Shown here: in pieces, positions 25,390 through 34,437 of the stretch | Layout: every line of letters starts with the position of its first letter | How positions within the stretch are numbered: the first letter of the stretch is position 1 | Virus record (IMG/VR): IMGVR_UViG_3300036798_000249 | Location: 3,165 to 67,164 of that record | DNA: 64,000 nucleotides | Direction: 5' to 3' (one strand) | Origin: a virus | Lineage: Duplodnaviria; Caudoviricetes | Made by a program: the position numbers and the translations under genes | The notes under the pieces: model-generated | The model's database searches: none | The model's input: only the letters and a program-made list of their open reading frames with translations | What the model was told of the DNA's origin: nothing

Positions 25390-26021
25390 GCTGGTCGTTC
25401 CTTCAGGAATTGGAGGATCGGCTCACCGTACAGATCAGTGACCAGACCTTGATCCTTGACACGGAAGCCAGCCACCCTCAGATCACGGCAGACATTAAGG
25501 ATGGGCGCGAGCCGGCCGACGGACCAAAGCGCGTGACCATCGATCACATTCTCGACCTCGCGTTCTGGAAGACCGTCTATGTGCCGCATGAACCATGTAC
25601 GCAGCCGGGACATCGGGAACGGATAGCAATCGAGCCAATCTTCCCGCAGCCCGCATTGGCACCAGAGCAGAATGTCAGCCTCGCACGTATGCATCCATCC
25701 TTTTGTGCCGTGGACCCTGCTGCTCCACGTTTCCAGAAAAAGGTCCTTCCAATGCGTATGGCTCGGTCGTCCATCCTTCTTATTCCGCGGCCAGCGAACG
25801 ATCTTGAACTCCAGCGTTAGCATTTTGCCGTGCGGCAATTGCGCTAGGGCATCGACGTGAGCGCGCAATTGAAGCATCTTGGCAACCGGGCCGTTGATGT
25901 CGATGAAAACGATCTTGTGCTTGTAGGAATGCTTTTCGAGAATCGGCGCGAGCAGACGATTAAATACGCCACGCTGCCAGGCATCGTCTAGTTCAAGTTC
26001 ATTCGGCCGCCGCTGTTGCAT
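25386..26021 (-). CDS. Putative PD-(D/E)xK nuclease-fold protein
   Basis: VDALAQ-x8-LEFK; FLETWS; GW..TCEADILLW. Confidence 0.55.
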   Translation of the reverse strand: MQQRRPNELELDDAWQRGVFNRLLAPILEKHSYKHKIVFIDINGPVAKMLQLRAHVDALAQLPHGKMLTLEFKIVRWPRNKKDGRPSHTHWKDLFLETWSSRVHGTKGWMHTCEADILLWCQCGLREDWLDCYPFPMSRLRTWFMRHIDGLPEREVENVIDGHALWSVGRLAPILNVCRDLRVAGFRVKDQGLVTDLYGEPILQFLKERPA

Positions 26022-26976
26022 CTGCGATGCTTTCGAACAGATTCACAAAATCGGGACGCGCTTCACGCTGGTTGCCTTCGCCATAGGGCGGATAGGAAGC
26101 AACGCGAACAATCTCATAGAACTTTTCCGGTTTCTCGCTGTGCTCGCCACGTGGCGCTTCGAGATGTGTGGGGATGCTTGCTGCGGCATGGCGCGTCGTC
26201 GTTTCCCCGAGCGTCGCAAAAAGCACATGCTCGGTCGAATTGCGGAAGTAGCTGCCGAGCCCGAACGGCGGCGGCTTGATCCAGGTGATCAGCGTGCGAT
26301 GTTGGAAACCCCAATGCGCCACCAGCTCACAAGCGCGTGCCATGAAGTTGTTGGTCGTCCACACGTAGAGATGACAACCAAGCTTTTCGTCCGCCCACTG
26401 CTTGACGTCCAGCTTGAGCAACTCCTCATGCGATTGCATCGCATAGCCGGGCTTCGCCCGTCCGGCGAGCGACAGCCAGTCGTATTCCCAGGCTGGATCG
26501 AAAACGAGCGTTCGAAAAATGCCCTCTGCCGGGACGAGGCTTAGGATGCGCTCCTCGTCGGCCTTGACCTTGGCGAGGCGCAAGACCTTGTTGACCTCGC
26601 CGCGTTCCATATCACGGCAAATGGTTCCATCGTCGAGCAGGCGATCGAAGGTCGGGTCGTCGAGCCGCGTGAGCTGATAAAGTGTTGTCCAGGACGGCGG
26701 CAAAACGTTCCCATGGGAACGCTTTGTCAGCCGCTTGTCCCGCGCGATGGACATGAACTTCCGGCCGGTCGCCGGCGAAAACTCCAGCTCCTCCTGCACC
26801 ATCTTCTGGAATTCGCCGTGCGGCAGCTTGTCGGGGCCCTCTTTCGCCTCGATCAGCTCACGACCAAGAATGAAGATCGCATCGAGCATGTTGCCGGCAG
26901 CCTGCCGCCAGATGCCATTGATGCGCTTCGCCCATTGCTTGCGAGTTTGGCCGGACGCGATGAGCGCGGTCCCCAT
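25999..26976 (-). CDS. DUF3102-like domain plus MT-A70-family N6-adenine methyltransferase
   Basis: GRELIEAKE...LPHGEF; TLVFDPAW, HLYVWTT, WGF..RTLITWIK, EHVLF, HSEKPE. Confidence 0.85.
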   Translation of the reverse strand: MGTALIASGQTRKQWAKRINGIWRQAAGNMLDAIFILGRELIEAKEGPDKLPHGEFQKMVQEELEFSPATGRKFMSIARDKRLTKRSHGNVLPPSWTTLYQLTRLDDPTFDRLLDDGTICRDMERGEVNKVLRLAKVKADEERILSLVPAEGIFRTLVFDPAWEYDWLSLAGRAKPGYAMQSHEELLKLDVKQWADEKLGCHLYVWTTNNFMARACELVAHWGFQHRTLITWIKPPPFGLGSYFRNSTEHVLFATLGETTTRHAAASIPTHLEAPRGEHSEKPEKFYEIVRVASYPPYGEGNQREARPDFVNLFESIADATAAAE

Positions 26977-26988
26977 TTGACCGCCCCG

Positions 26989-27378
26989 TTATTGCGCAAG
27001 CGTGTCGAGCGCGTTCTCTTTGCTGCGCCGGCCGCGTTTCGGCTTGGCGCCTGCGAGCGCGGCCTCCCCGAGCGGCGTGTCGGCAAAAGCGCCGAGCGCC
27101 TGCTCCATTTCCTGAAAGGCGTCGATGTCCTCGCCTTCGAGTTCCGCAATACGTCTGTCTTGCTGACGTTCTGCGCGATGACCTTTCAGGATGACGGCGA
27201 AGGCTTTCATGTTGAAACCGGCCTCGCGGGCCGAGTCTTTGATCTCGCGGATGGTCCCGCGCGGGCCCTTGCAGGAACTCATATAGCTTCCGCGCAACGA
27301 CGCGAGCTCGTCATCAGCCGCGTCAATGGAAGATAGATAGCCGCTGATGGCGGCATTCGTGATGGCGACGTCCGGCAT
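26989..27378 (-). CDS. GapR/DUF2312-like DNA-binding protein
   Basis: IREIKDSAREAGFNMKAFAVILK resembles the GapR core; GGAGGG RBS. Confidence 0.55.
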   Translation of the reverse strand: MPDVAITNAAISGYLSSIDAADDELASLRGSYMSSCKGPRGTIREIKDSAREAGFNMKAFAVILKGHRAERQQDRRIAELEGEDIDAFQEMEQALGAFADTPLGEAALAGAKPKRGRRSKENALDTLAQ

Positions 27379-27486
27379 GGTTATGAACCCTCCGGCTGCG
27401 GTTGGTAGTTGGGGAAGAGATGTCGAGGAAATGACACTGAACCACAGCATCGAGCATTCGCCAACGGCATGCCGCGACTTCGCGTC

Positions 27487-27681
27487 GCCTACTTGGACAC
27501 ATAGAGAGAATGGATACATTTAATCGAGCACGACGAAGGAATTTTAGGTGAAAGAAACCTTTGACGCCGCGATCGAATTTGCCAGCGCTTGATTGATCGT
27601 AAACTTTTTTTGCAATTCGCGGCAAAAATCTCATAAAAAAGCCTACTTGGACACATAGAGACAATGGATACAGTTAATCGA
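27487..27681. repeat. 41-bp direct repeat (2 mismatches), promoter-like
   Basis: gcctacttggacacatagaga(g/c)aatggataca(t/g)ttaatcga at 27487-27527 and 27641-27681. Confidence 0.85.
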
Positions 27682-27772
27682 CGTGCGATATCTGTAGACC
27701 TCGAAACCCTGAAATCCAATGCCTGGAATTTTGCAACCCCGATCGCGGGGATCGCGCAGGCGTGCGCGGCTT

Positions 27773-28489
27773 CTACTTGACCAGCAATCGGCGCAGCGCC
27801 TCGGCCACGGCTTGCGGGCGCGTCTTAGCGCCGAGCTTGCTCATCGCGCGGTCCACATACGTTCTGATGGTGGCCTCGGCAACGCCGAGATGACCCGCGA
27901 TGGCAGCATCGTTCTCGCCCATCGACAAGAATTGCAGCACCGCTGTCTCACGGCTGCTCAGACGAACGAACTGATCTCGTTTCATTGGTTCGGCAATCTC
28001 ATCAAGGCGCATCTTGGCATGCATGGCGATGGTGTAAAGCCGCCAGCGATCTACCAACGACAACCGCAAGACCTTGATCGAGTAGAACACAACAATCCAA
28101 TTATCGATGGGACAATAGAGCATGTCCCGTATCCCATGCGCGTTCAAAAGATTGAACACCCAGCGCTCTTTGTCATTTGGTCGCGTCAGGCGCAAGCATT
28201 CCGTCACAGTGAAAGGCGACCGGCGCACCCAGGACATAAGGGAGAGGACGTTCGGGCCAATCTTCCGCGCCTTGACCATGTGTTGGTCATAGTGCTTGCG
28301 CGCTTGCGGATGAATGAACACCGACGCGCCGACAGGATAACCGTTTTGATAGTCATTCGGCTGCGAGGGTATCCGCCAAGCGCCGTAGATGTTGAGCCCG
28401 AAATGCTCCGCATGGAGCTGCAAGCGTCGCATGATCGCGGTCGGGTTATCGAGCGTCGTAAGTTCATCAAGATCGGGAAGATCGGGCAT
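27773..28489 (-). CDS. LuxR-family regulator (ligand-binding domain plus HTH)
   Basis: LSSRETAVLQFLSMGENDAAIAGHLGVAEATIRTYVDRAMSKLGAKTRPQAVAEA; about 170-aa N-terminal domain. Confidence 0.9.
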   Translation of the reverse strand: MPDLPDLDELTTLDNPTAIMRRLQLHAEHFGLNIYGAWRIPSQPNDYQNGYPVGASVFIHPQARKHYDQHMVKARKIGPNVLSLMSWVRRSPFTVTECLRLTRPNDKERWVFNLLNAHGIRDMLYCPIDNWIVVFYSIKVLRLSLVDRWRLYTIAMHAKMRLDEIAEPMKRDQFVRLSSRETAVLQFLSMGENDAAIAGHLGVAEATIRTYVDRAMSKLGAKTRPQAVAEALRRLLVK

Positions 28490-28726
28490 TGGTGCCACCT
28501 TGCACCCGCCCCCCATCGAGGTGGCTCATCATGTCTTATGACATGCCATAAGCACAATCTTGTCCCGGCTACGTTTACACGAATGGTGACCGGTACCATT
28601 TGCCGAAACGCAACCTGTAGCGAGAGAGCGCTTATCACGATCGCCACCGGTATGGGTTCCGCGCTCAAAATACCATTCGCGTTCCGCCTGTGGATATCTT
28701 TCACGAAACCTTCGTAAGGTGGTCAC

Positions 28727-29662
28727 ATGAGGAGATGGACCACAAGACGCCTGAAGGTCCAGCGCTTCCGCATCACTTCGCGGGAGCAGTGGCTTGCACT
28801 GCGCGCGGGCGACGTCACCGCATCAGGCGTCGGCGCCTTGTTCGGGCTGCATCCCTATCAGACCCCCATGGGACTGTTTGCGGAAAAGACCGGCGTCCTG
28901 ACCGAGGACGAAGACACCGTGGCGATGCGGCGCGGGCGCCTGCTCGAGGACGCGGTCGCCAAGGCCTATCAGGAAAAGCACCCGAGCTACAAAATCGTAA
29001 AGGCGAAGCACTATTATCGCGCCACCGAGCTGCGACTCGGCGCCACGCCCGATTTCATCATGATCGACGATCAGCGCCAGCGTGTCGCGCTGCAGGCCAA
29101 GACGGTCGCGCCGGTGGCGTTCAAGCGCTCGTGGACCGACACGACGGCGCCCACTTGGATCAGTCTCCAGTGCCTGACCGAGGCCATGCTGATGAAGGCC
29201 GACTACGGCGTCATCGCCGCGCTTGTGGTCGACGGCTTCCGGTTCGAGCTGCACGAATACATCGTCCCGCGGCACGAGCCAGCCGAGCGCCGCATCCGGG
29301 AAGGCGTGGCCAAGTTCTGGGAAGACATCGCCGCCGGCCGCACGCCGGAGTTTCAGGCCGCCGATCGCGCCCTGGTCGCCGTCATGTACCCGCGCGAGAA
29401 GCCCGGCACGACCATCGACCTGCGCGGCGACAACGAGCTGCCGGGCCTGTTGCGGCGGCGCGAGCGCTACAAGAGCCTGATCGAGCAAATGACCGAGCGC
29501 CAGCGCGCGATCGAGACGCGCCTGATGGCGCAGATGGGCACGCACGAAAGCGCGCTGGTCAACGACTGGCGCATCACGTTCAAACAGCAGCACCGCAAGG
29601 AATACACGGTCAAGGCGACCGACTTTCGTGTGCTGCGAATTGCCCGGGACAAGGCCGCATGA
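28727..29662 (+). CDS. YqaJ/lambda-exonuclease-family recombination exonuclease
   Basis: EQWLALRAGDVTASG, RGRLLEDAV, GATPDF, LQAKT. Confidence 0.9.
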   Translation: MRRWTTRRLKVQRFRITSREQWLALRAGDVTASGVGALFGLHPYQTPMGLFAEKTGVLTEDEDTVAMRRGRLLEDAVAKAYQEKHPSYKIVKAKHYYRATELRLGATPDFIMIDDQRQRVALQAKTVAPVAFKRSWTDTTAPTWISLQCLTEAMLMKADYGVIAALVVDGFRFELHEYIVPRHEPAERRIREGVAKFWEDIAAGRTPEFQAADRALVAVMYPREKPGTTIDLRGDNELPGLLRRRERYKSLIEQMTERQRAIETRLMAQMGTHESALVNDWRITFKQQHRKEYTVKATDFRVLRIARDKAA

Positions 29663-31209
29663 TGTTTGATAGATTGCGCCGCCTCTTCCAAAACATTCGC
29701 GCTCTTTTTCAGCGCCGCCATCCGCCAGTGCGGCCATCGATGGGCGCGGTCTCGATTCCAATGACGCCAGCGCCACCAGCGCCTGCGCCGCCGCCTTGGG
29801 CGCCGGTCGACGCGGCGGTCGGGACTTATGTGCAAAGAGACAAGGAGCGCCGCCGACTCGAACGCAATCGCCTGCGCTATGACGTTTTCGTCAAACCAAA
29901 AGGACCGGAGCCGGAAAAGCAAACACGCGCGCCGCCAGCGCCGCGACCGAAAGTCGAAATTCTGCCGCCGGCAGTCGAGCCGTCGCCATCGCTTGACGAC
30001 CACAATGAACCGCTCATCGTGGAAGAGACCAAACGCGGCGATCTTGTTCTGATCAAAGAGCAGGAGATTTACGGCGAATTCACTTTCCGCGACACGATCC
30101 TCGATCAGCTGGATCGATATTTCGTTTATTTGAAACGGATGAAAAAGCACGATGCGGATAGCTACGTTTTTTATAAGAAAGTCGGGATCACGCTGCTGCC
30201 GCTCGCGTCGACCTTCATGACCGATGTCCAGTTTCGCGGCAAGCGCGACCCGGAAGATAGATCGCCGAGGAAAAAGCCGCCGACCTTGCCAGTATGGTTC
30301 AAGCAGGCCCGTCCGGCATTTGGTTGCTTTGCTTACGGCACCAATTCCTATCTCGAAAAGAATGAGGACGACGATACGAGCAGCAGGCTAGGGCGGCGAT
30401 GGCATCCCCGGTTCATGTACTTTGTAAAATACTCAGTCCCGCCGCCTGAGTTGCAGCCAATGAGCGGTGGCGACATCTACAAGCTGACAATTTGGTTCGA
30501 CACGCATGACCCAAAAATGGCGAAGCGGATGGGCGGCGGCCATCCTTATGAGTTCGGCGTATTTGTGAGTCGAAGCGGCGACCATCTGGTGCTGCTTAAA
30601 AGCCTGAAGACAGAAGCCCGGCGGCTGTTCGCCAAGCGCAACCGCCGCGGCGGCAAACGCGGATTGAAGCGGAACTTGGACGTGCAATCCATTCCGGTCC
30701 GCGCTTGGAGCATTCCCAAGGATTTCGTTCGCTGGGCGAAGACGCACAACGAAACACCGGATCAATTCTTCATCGGCTTGTTTTGCGACACGATCAGACG
30801 CTGGGAGATGGCCGGCTTTTCCATGATCAAAGTCCATGTGCAGCGGGACGACATGACCGCCGTGTTCGGCGTTGACGTACATCGCCTCGGCTATTTTTTC
30901 CAGGATCGCGATATCGAGCTAACGGAGAGCGGCGTTAAAAAGCGCATCTTTCACATAGTCCGGCCGCACGAACGCATGACCAAGGAAGGCAAGAAAGCGG
31001 TGCCGTTCCACTTCCGCGGCCTGCGCGAGTTTGATTGGGCCGGATATCACGTGCGGATCACGGTGCCGCACGGCGACCTCTCAATCAGGGAATTCGACGT
31101 TGGCAGTTCCGACTCATATTGGATGGACCCCAAGGACAAAGACGATTGGGTCTTTATGCCAGAGCTTGCCGAGCGTCTTGTCGCGCTGGAAGAGAAACAC
31201 GAACGGTGA
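29659..31209 (+). CDS. Hypothetical protein (about 516 aa) with C-terminal His/Arg motif
   Basis: ATG overlaps YqaJ stop; FHIVRPHER...FHFRG. Confidence 0.7.
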   Translation: MMFDRLRRLFQNIRALFQRRHPPVRPSMGAVSIPMTPAPPAPAPPPWAPVDAAVGTYVQRDKERRRLERNRLRYDVFVKPKGPEPEKQTRAPPAPRPKVEILPPAVEPSPSLDDHNEPLIVEETKRGDLVLIKEQEIYGEFTFRDTILDQLDRYFVYLKRMKKHDADSYVFYKKVGITLLPLASTFMTDVQFRGKRDPEDRSPRKKPPTLPVWFKQARPAFGCFAYGTNSYLEKNEDDDTSSRLGRRWHPRFMYFVKYSVPPPELQPMSGGDIYKLTIWFDTHDPKMAKRMGGGHPYEFGVFVSRSGDHLVLLKSLKTEARRLFAKRNRRGGKRGLKRNLDVQSIPVRAWSIPKDFVRWAKTHNETPDQFFIGLFCDTIRRWEMAGFSMIKVHVQRDDMTAVFGVDVHRLGYFFQDRDIELTESGVKKRIFHIVRPHERMTKEGKKAVPFHFRGLREFDWAGYHVRITVPHGDLSIREFDVGSSDSYWMDPKDKDDWVFMPELAERLVALEEKHER

Positions 31210-31222
31210 AGGAGAATGCCGC

Positions 31223-32356
31223 ATGAACACTCAGCAACAGCAAGTCGCAACGCGCGCGCCGAACGCCATCGCTGCGCTGCGCAACGATCTCGAGAAAATG
31301 GAATCGCAGTTCAAGTTCGCGCTGCCGGCGCACATCCCGCCCGCGCGCTTCATCAGAGTCGTCATGACGGCGGTGCAGAACAATCCGAAACTGCTCAAAT
31401 GCGATCGCGGCTCGCTGTTCAATGCGTGCATGAAGTGCGCCCAGGATGGACTGCTGCCCGATGGCCGTGAGGCGGCGCTCGTTCCGTATGCGGACAATCC
31501 CGATGGCGGCGGCGGCAAATCCGACCAGGCTCAATATCTGCCGATGATCGCCGGCATTCGCAAGAAGGTCCGCAACTCTGGTCTGCTGCGCGATTGGAAT
31601 GTGCAGGTCGTCCAAGAAGGCGACCAATTTGATTATCAGCTGGGCGACGAGCCCTTCATTGGGCATAAGCCCTCGCCTACGGGCGGCCGCGCGCGCCCGG
31701 TGCTGTTCGCCTATTCGATTGCCACGTATCCCGACGGGACGAAGTCGCGCGAGGTCATGAATATCGACCAGATCAAGGACATACAATCCAAGTCGAAGGC
31801 ACGCCGCGGGCCCTGGTCCGATCCGATCTTCTTTCCAGAGATGTGCCGCAAGACGGTGGCGAAGCTGCATGCCAAGCAGCTGCCCATGTCGACCGATCTC
31901 GACACGCTCTTCCGCCGCGACGAGGAGCTATACGACTTCAAGGGCGAGCGCGAGCGGGCCCAGCGTGCGATCGATGCCGCGCCGCCACCGTCGGTCGGCG
32001 CTGCCCTCGATATCTTCGGTGCCGGCGCCCCGGACGAGCCCGCGCCGCAGCCCCAGCCAGATCAGCAAGAGCTTGCCCGGCCCTCTAGCGGTGGCCCGCA
32101 GCCGGGCGAGAGCGGCGGCGCTCCGCAGGACGTTGCCCCTGCGGGCGCCGCCGCATCACCACCGGCCGAAGACCCGATCGCTGCTGCCCGCCGGCAAGGC
32201 TACGAGGCGCGGACCTTGAACATCGCCCGCAAGGCGATCCCTGGCGAGCTCCGCGCGCCCGAGCGCAGCCGCGAGGCGCAGGCGTGGAAGGTCGGATGGG
32301 ACAACGCAGACAACGCCGCCAGCAGCCGCGACGGCGAACCAACAGGGGAGGTTTGA
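31223..32356 (+). CDS. recT: RecT-family single-strand annealing protein
   Basis: ALPAHIPPARFIRVVMTAVQNNPKLLKCDRGSL...CAQDGLLPDG..AALVPY. Confidence 0.92.
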   Translation: MNTQQQQVATRAPNAIAALRNDLEKMESQFKFALPAHIPPARFIRVVMTAVQNNPKLLKCDRGSLFNACMKCAQDGLLPDGREAALVPYADNPDGGGGKSDQAQYLPMIAGIRKKVRNSGLLRDWNVQVVQEGDQFDYQLGDEPFIGHKPSPTGGRARPVLFAYSIATYPDGTKSREVMNIDQIKDIQSKSKARRGPWSDPIFFPEMCRKTVAKLHAKQLPMSTDLDTLFRRDEELYDFKGERERAQRAIDAAPPPSVGAALDIFGAGAPDEPAPQPQPDQQELARPSSGGPQPGESGGAPQDVAPAGAAASPPAEDPIAAARRQGYEARTLNIARKAIPGELRAPERSREAQAWKVGWDNADNAASSRDGEPTGEV

Positions 32357-32357
32357 T

Positions 32358-32702
32358 GTGACCAACATTGTTACACACTCAAGCTATGCGCCTAAGCCGG
32401 CGGCCGATCCGTTGATGATCGGCAAGATCACCATCGAGGCCGTCGATCACATCGGCTCGAAGGCGGCGGCCGAGATCGAGCAGACCGCCGGGCAGATCAG
32501 GATCGCGGCCGACGACGTCGCGCGCCGGCTGGAGCAGCTCGCCGAGGCGATTCGCGATCATTCCAGAATTGCCAGCGAGCATACGGCCGGCTTCGTCAAC
32601 AGGACGACGCAGGTTCTCGAAACCATCCGCTCACTAGAAGCGAAGCTCGCCGGCAACGGTCAGAATGGGGCATCTCATGTCGCCGACCAAAAAGAAGAAT
32701 GA
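32358..32702 (+). CDS. Hypothetical coiled-coil protein
   Basis: GGGAGG RBS, GTG start. Confidence 0.6.
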   Translation: MTNIVTHSSYAPKPAADPLMIGKITIEAVDHIGSKAAAEIEQTAGQIRIAADDVARRLEQLAEAIRDHSRIASEHTAGFVNRTTQVLETIRSLEAKLAGNGQNGASHVADQKEE

Positions 32703-32712
32703 GGAGGATGAT

Positions 32713-32901
32713 ATGGCGCTGCTGACGGTCATCGAGGCTTGCAAGATGCTCCGCTGCAGTCGCTCGACGCTCTACAATCTGCGCGACGCCGGCAAGATCA
32801 AGATGCTGCGTCTTGGCTACCGCACCTCGCGCGTTGTCAAGCAATCCGTCGAAAGACTGATCCGCGAGCATGACGGCCCGATCGGATTGGGTGGCCCATG
32901 A
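32713..32901 (+). CDS. Excisionase-like HTH protein
   Basis: LLTVIEACKMLRCSRSTLYNL...GKI. Confidence 0.8.
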   Translation: MALLTVIEACKMLRCSRSTLYNLRDAGKIKMLRLGYRTSRVVKQSVERLIREHDGPIGLGGP

Positions 32902-33197
32902 GACAGATCAGCAGCGGCGCCTACGAGCTTGACGATTGGGAGATCGCTCTCGCGATGAAGATAGGCGATCGCTTGAAACTTGAATTCGCCGTCGTCGTGC
33001 AGAGGGCCATTGACGCGGGCCAGTTAAGCGGCGTGCCCGAGCAATGCATCATGTCGGCCATCGCGACCGAAGCGCTGCTGATCGCCGCGTTCTGTCACAA
33101 CGGGACACACGCGTCGTTTCTCCAGATGGTCGAGTTAGCGGTGGTCGCCGCCGCCAGCTTCAAGGCCGATCAAAACGAGACGATGCGTATCCAATGA
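32898..33197 (+). CDS. Hypothetical protein
   Basis: ATGA overlaps. Confidence 0.55.
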   Translation: MRQISSGAYELDDWEIALAMKIGDRLKLEFAVVVQRAIDAGQLSGVPEQCIMSAIATEALLIAAFCHNGTHASFLQMVELAVVAAASFKADQNETMRIQ

Positions 33198-33502
33198 CCG
33201 AAAAATCGAAGCACCGGGAATTGTTGGAAGGCCTGTCGCGCGAATTGGTCGACAAGGGTCTGCTGATCGAGGCCGGATGGGTATCGTTCCGCGCGAGCGC
33301 GATTTCCGCGGACGCACCCGAGGTGCAGCTGCGCGAGATGCGCTTGGCGTTCTTTGCCGGTTCGCAGCATCTATTCGGCAGCATCATGACTGTCCTCGAC
33401 CCGGGGAGCGAGCCAACCGAAGCCGATCTCAAGCGCATGGAAAACATCAGCACCGAACTCAACAACTTTCTAGCCGCGATGATCAAAGAGACGAAGGGAT
33501 AA
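33194..33502 (+). CDS. Hypothetical phage protein
   Basis: LIEAGW...QLREMRLAFFAGSQHLF. Confidence 0.65.
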   Translation: MTEKSKHRELLEGLSRELVDKGLLIEAGWVSFRASAISADAPEVQLREMRLAFFAGSQHLFGSIMTVLDPGSEPTEADLKRMENISTELNNFLAAMIKETKG

Positions 33503-33531
33503 TCCGAATTGCACTGAAGAGGGCAACGGCG

Positions 33532-33921
33532 ATGCAGGGAACGATGCTGATCTTCAAGCCGAACGCACGCGAGCCAGAAGTCAGGACGTTCAAGCGCGCT
33601 CCTGATCTTGGTGATCTCAAAGCCGCGATCGGCGGCGGCTGGATCGAATTGGTGCCGGAATTCAAAACGATCGAGCACGAGGGCACACTGCACCCATGCG
33701 TCGCGTTCTGCGACGAGGAATCGAAATTGAATTATCGAACATCGGGCAAGCCCGACTGCGCGCCCGATCCCGAGAACAGGTGGGCGACCATTCTGTGGGA
33801 CCGCGCACTGCGCCGCACCGGCCATCCCGGGCTCATGACGCCGACCGGGGCGGTCGCGGATTATCTGTCCGGTCGCGTGTGCGTACTGATCGGCGATGAG
33901 CAATTTCTGCAGTCTCTATGA
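33532..33921 (+). CDS. DUF3846-like protein
   Basis: LKAAIGGGWIELVP...CDEESK...N..AT.LW...DYLSG. Confidence 0.6.
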   Translation: MQGTMLIFKPNAREPEVRTFKRAPDLGDLKAAIGGGWIELVPEFKTIEHEGTLHPCVAFCDEESKLNYRTSGKPDCAPDPENRWATILWDRALRRTGHPGLMTPTGAVADYLSGRVCVLIGDEQFLQSL

Positions 33922-33930
33922 GAGGCAACG

Positions 33931-34437
33931 ATGTCGATCGACGAGCGCATCGCCCACATAGCCGAATCCGCGCGCCGCAACCGTTGGGCGACGGCCGGAC
34001 TGGAGCTGATCGAGCTGCGAAAATGGTACGAGGCGTCGCCACCAGAAGCGTTCGCCGCTGACGAGCGCAGCTGGGCCGAATTCGTATCGAAGCGCCTGCC
34101 CTCGATCGCGCCGGCCGATGTGGAGCGGTTCATGGGCGCTGTCCTATATCGAGGCGGCGCGATGCAATGCAGCGCGTGCGGCGCCCAGGCGGTGTGCCGG
34201 TGTGGCTGCGGGGCGCCCTACTTCGTGGAGCCTCCATGGGCGACCCCGGCATCGGCGCCGGTATCGGCGCGCGACCGGGCCGTTGCCGCGATCCAGGCCG
34301 CTCCCGAGAAATCCGATCGCGCCATCGCGGGCGAAATTGGCGTGGGGCATCAAACTGTTGGCCGCGCCCGGCGGCGCATGACGGCGGCGGGAGTCGTGGA
34401 CCACCCTTTGGACCACCCAGCAGCAGGGAGACTGTAA
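33931..34437 (+). CDS. Protein with Zn-ribbon and C-terminal HTH
   Basis: CSACG..AVCRCGC; KSDRAIAGEIGVGHQTVGRAR. Confidence 0.65.
   Translation: MSIDERIAHIAESARRNRWATAGLELIELRKWYEASPPEAFAADERSWAEFVSKRLPSIAPADVERFMGAVLYRGGAMQCSACGAQAVCRCGCGAPYFVEPPWATPASAPVSARDRAVAAIQAAPEKSDRAIAGEIGVGHQTVGRARRRMTAAGVVDHPLDHPAAGRL

Noticed and set aside
27548-27592. GTG-started mini-ORF after the first 41-bp repeat
   Set aside because: Only 14 codons with no supporting features
28613-28632. ACCTGTAG matching the first 8 nt of the Vibrio lux box
   Set aside because: Second half does not match and there is no dyad symmetry
27719-28717. 332-aa plus-strand ORF opposite luxR
   Set aside because: No motifs or RBS; antisense transcription is possible but protein coding is unsupported
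28690-31209. 839-aa ORF as a single gene
   Set aside because: First 323 codons overlap the exonuclease out of frame; the ATG at 29659 overlapping its stop is the likely start
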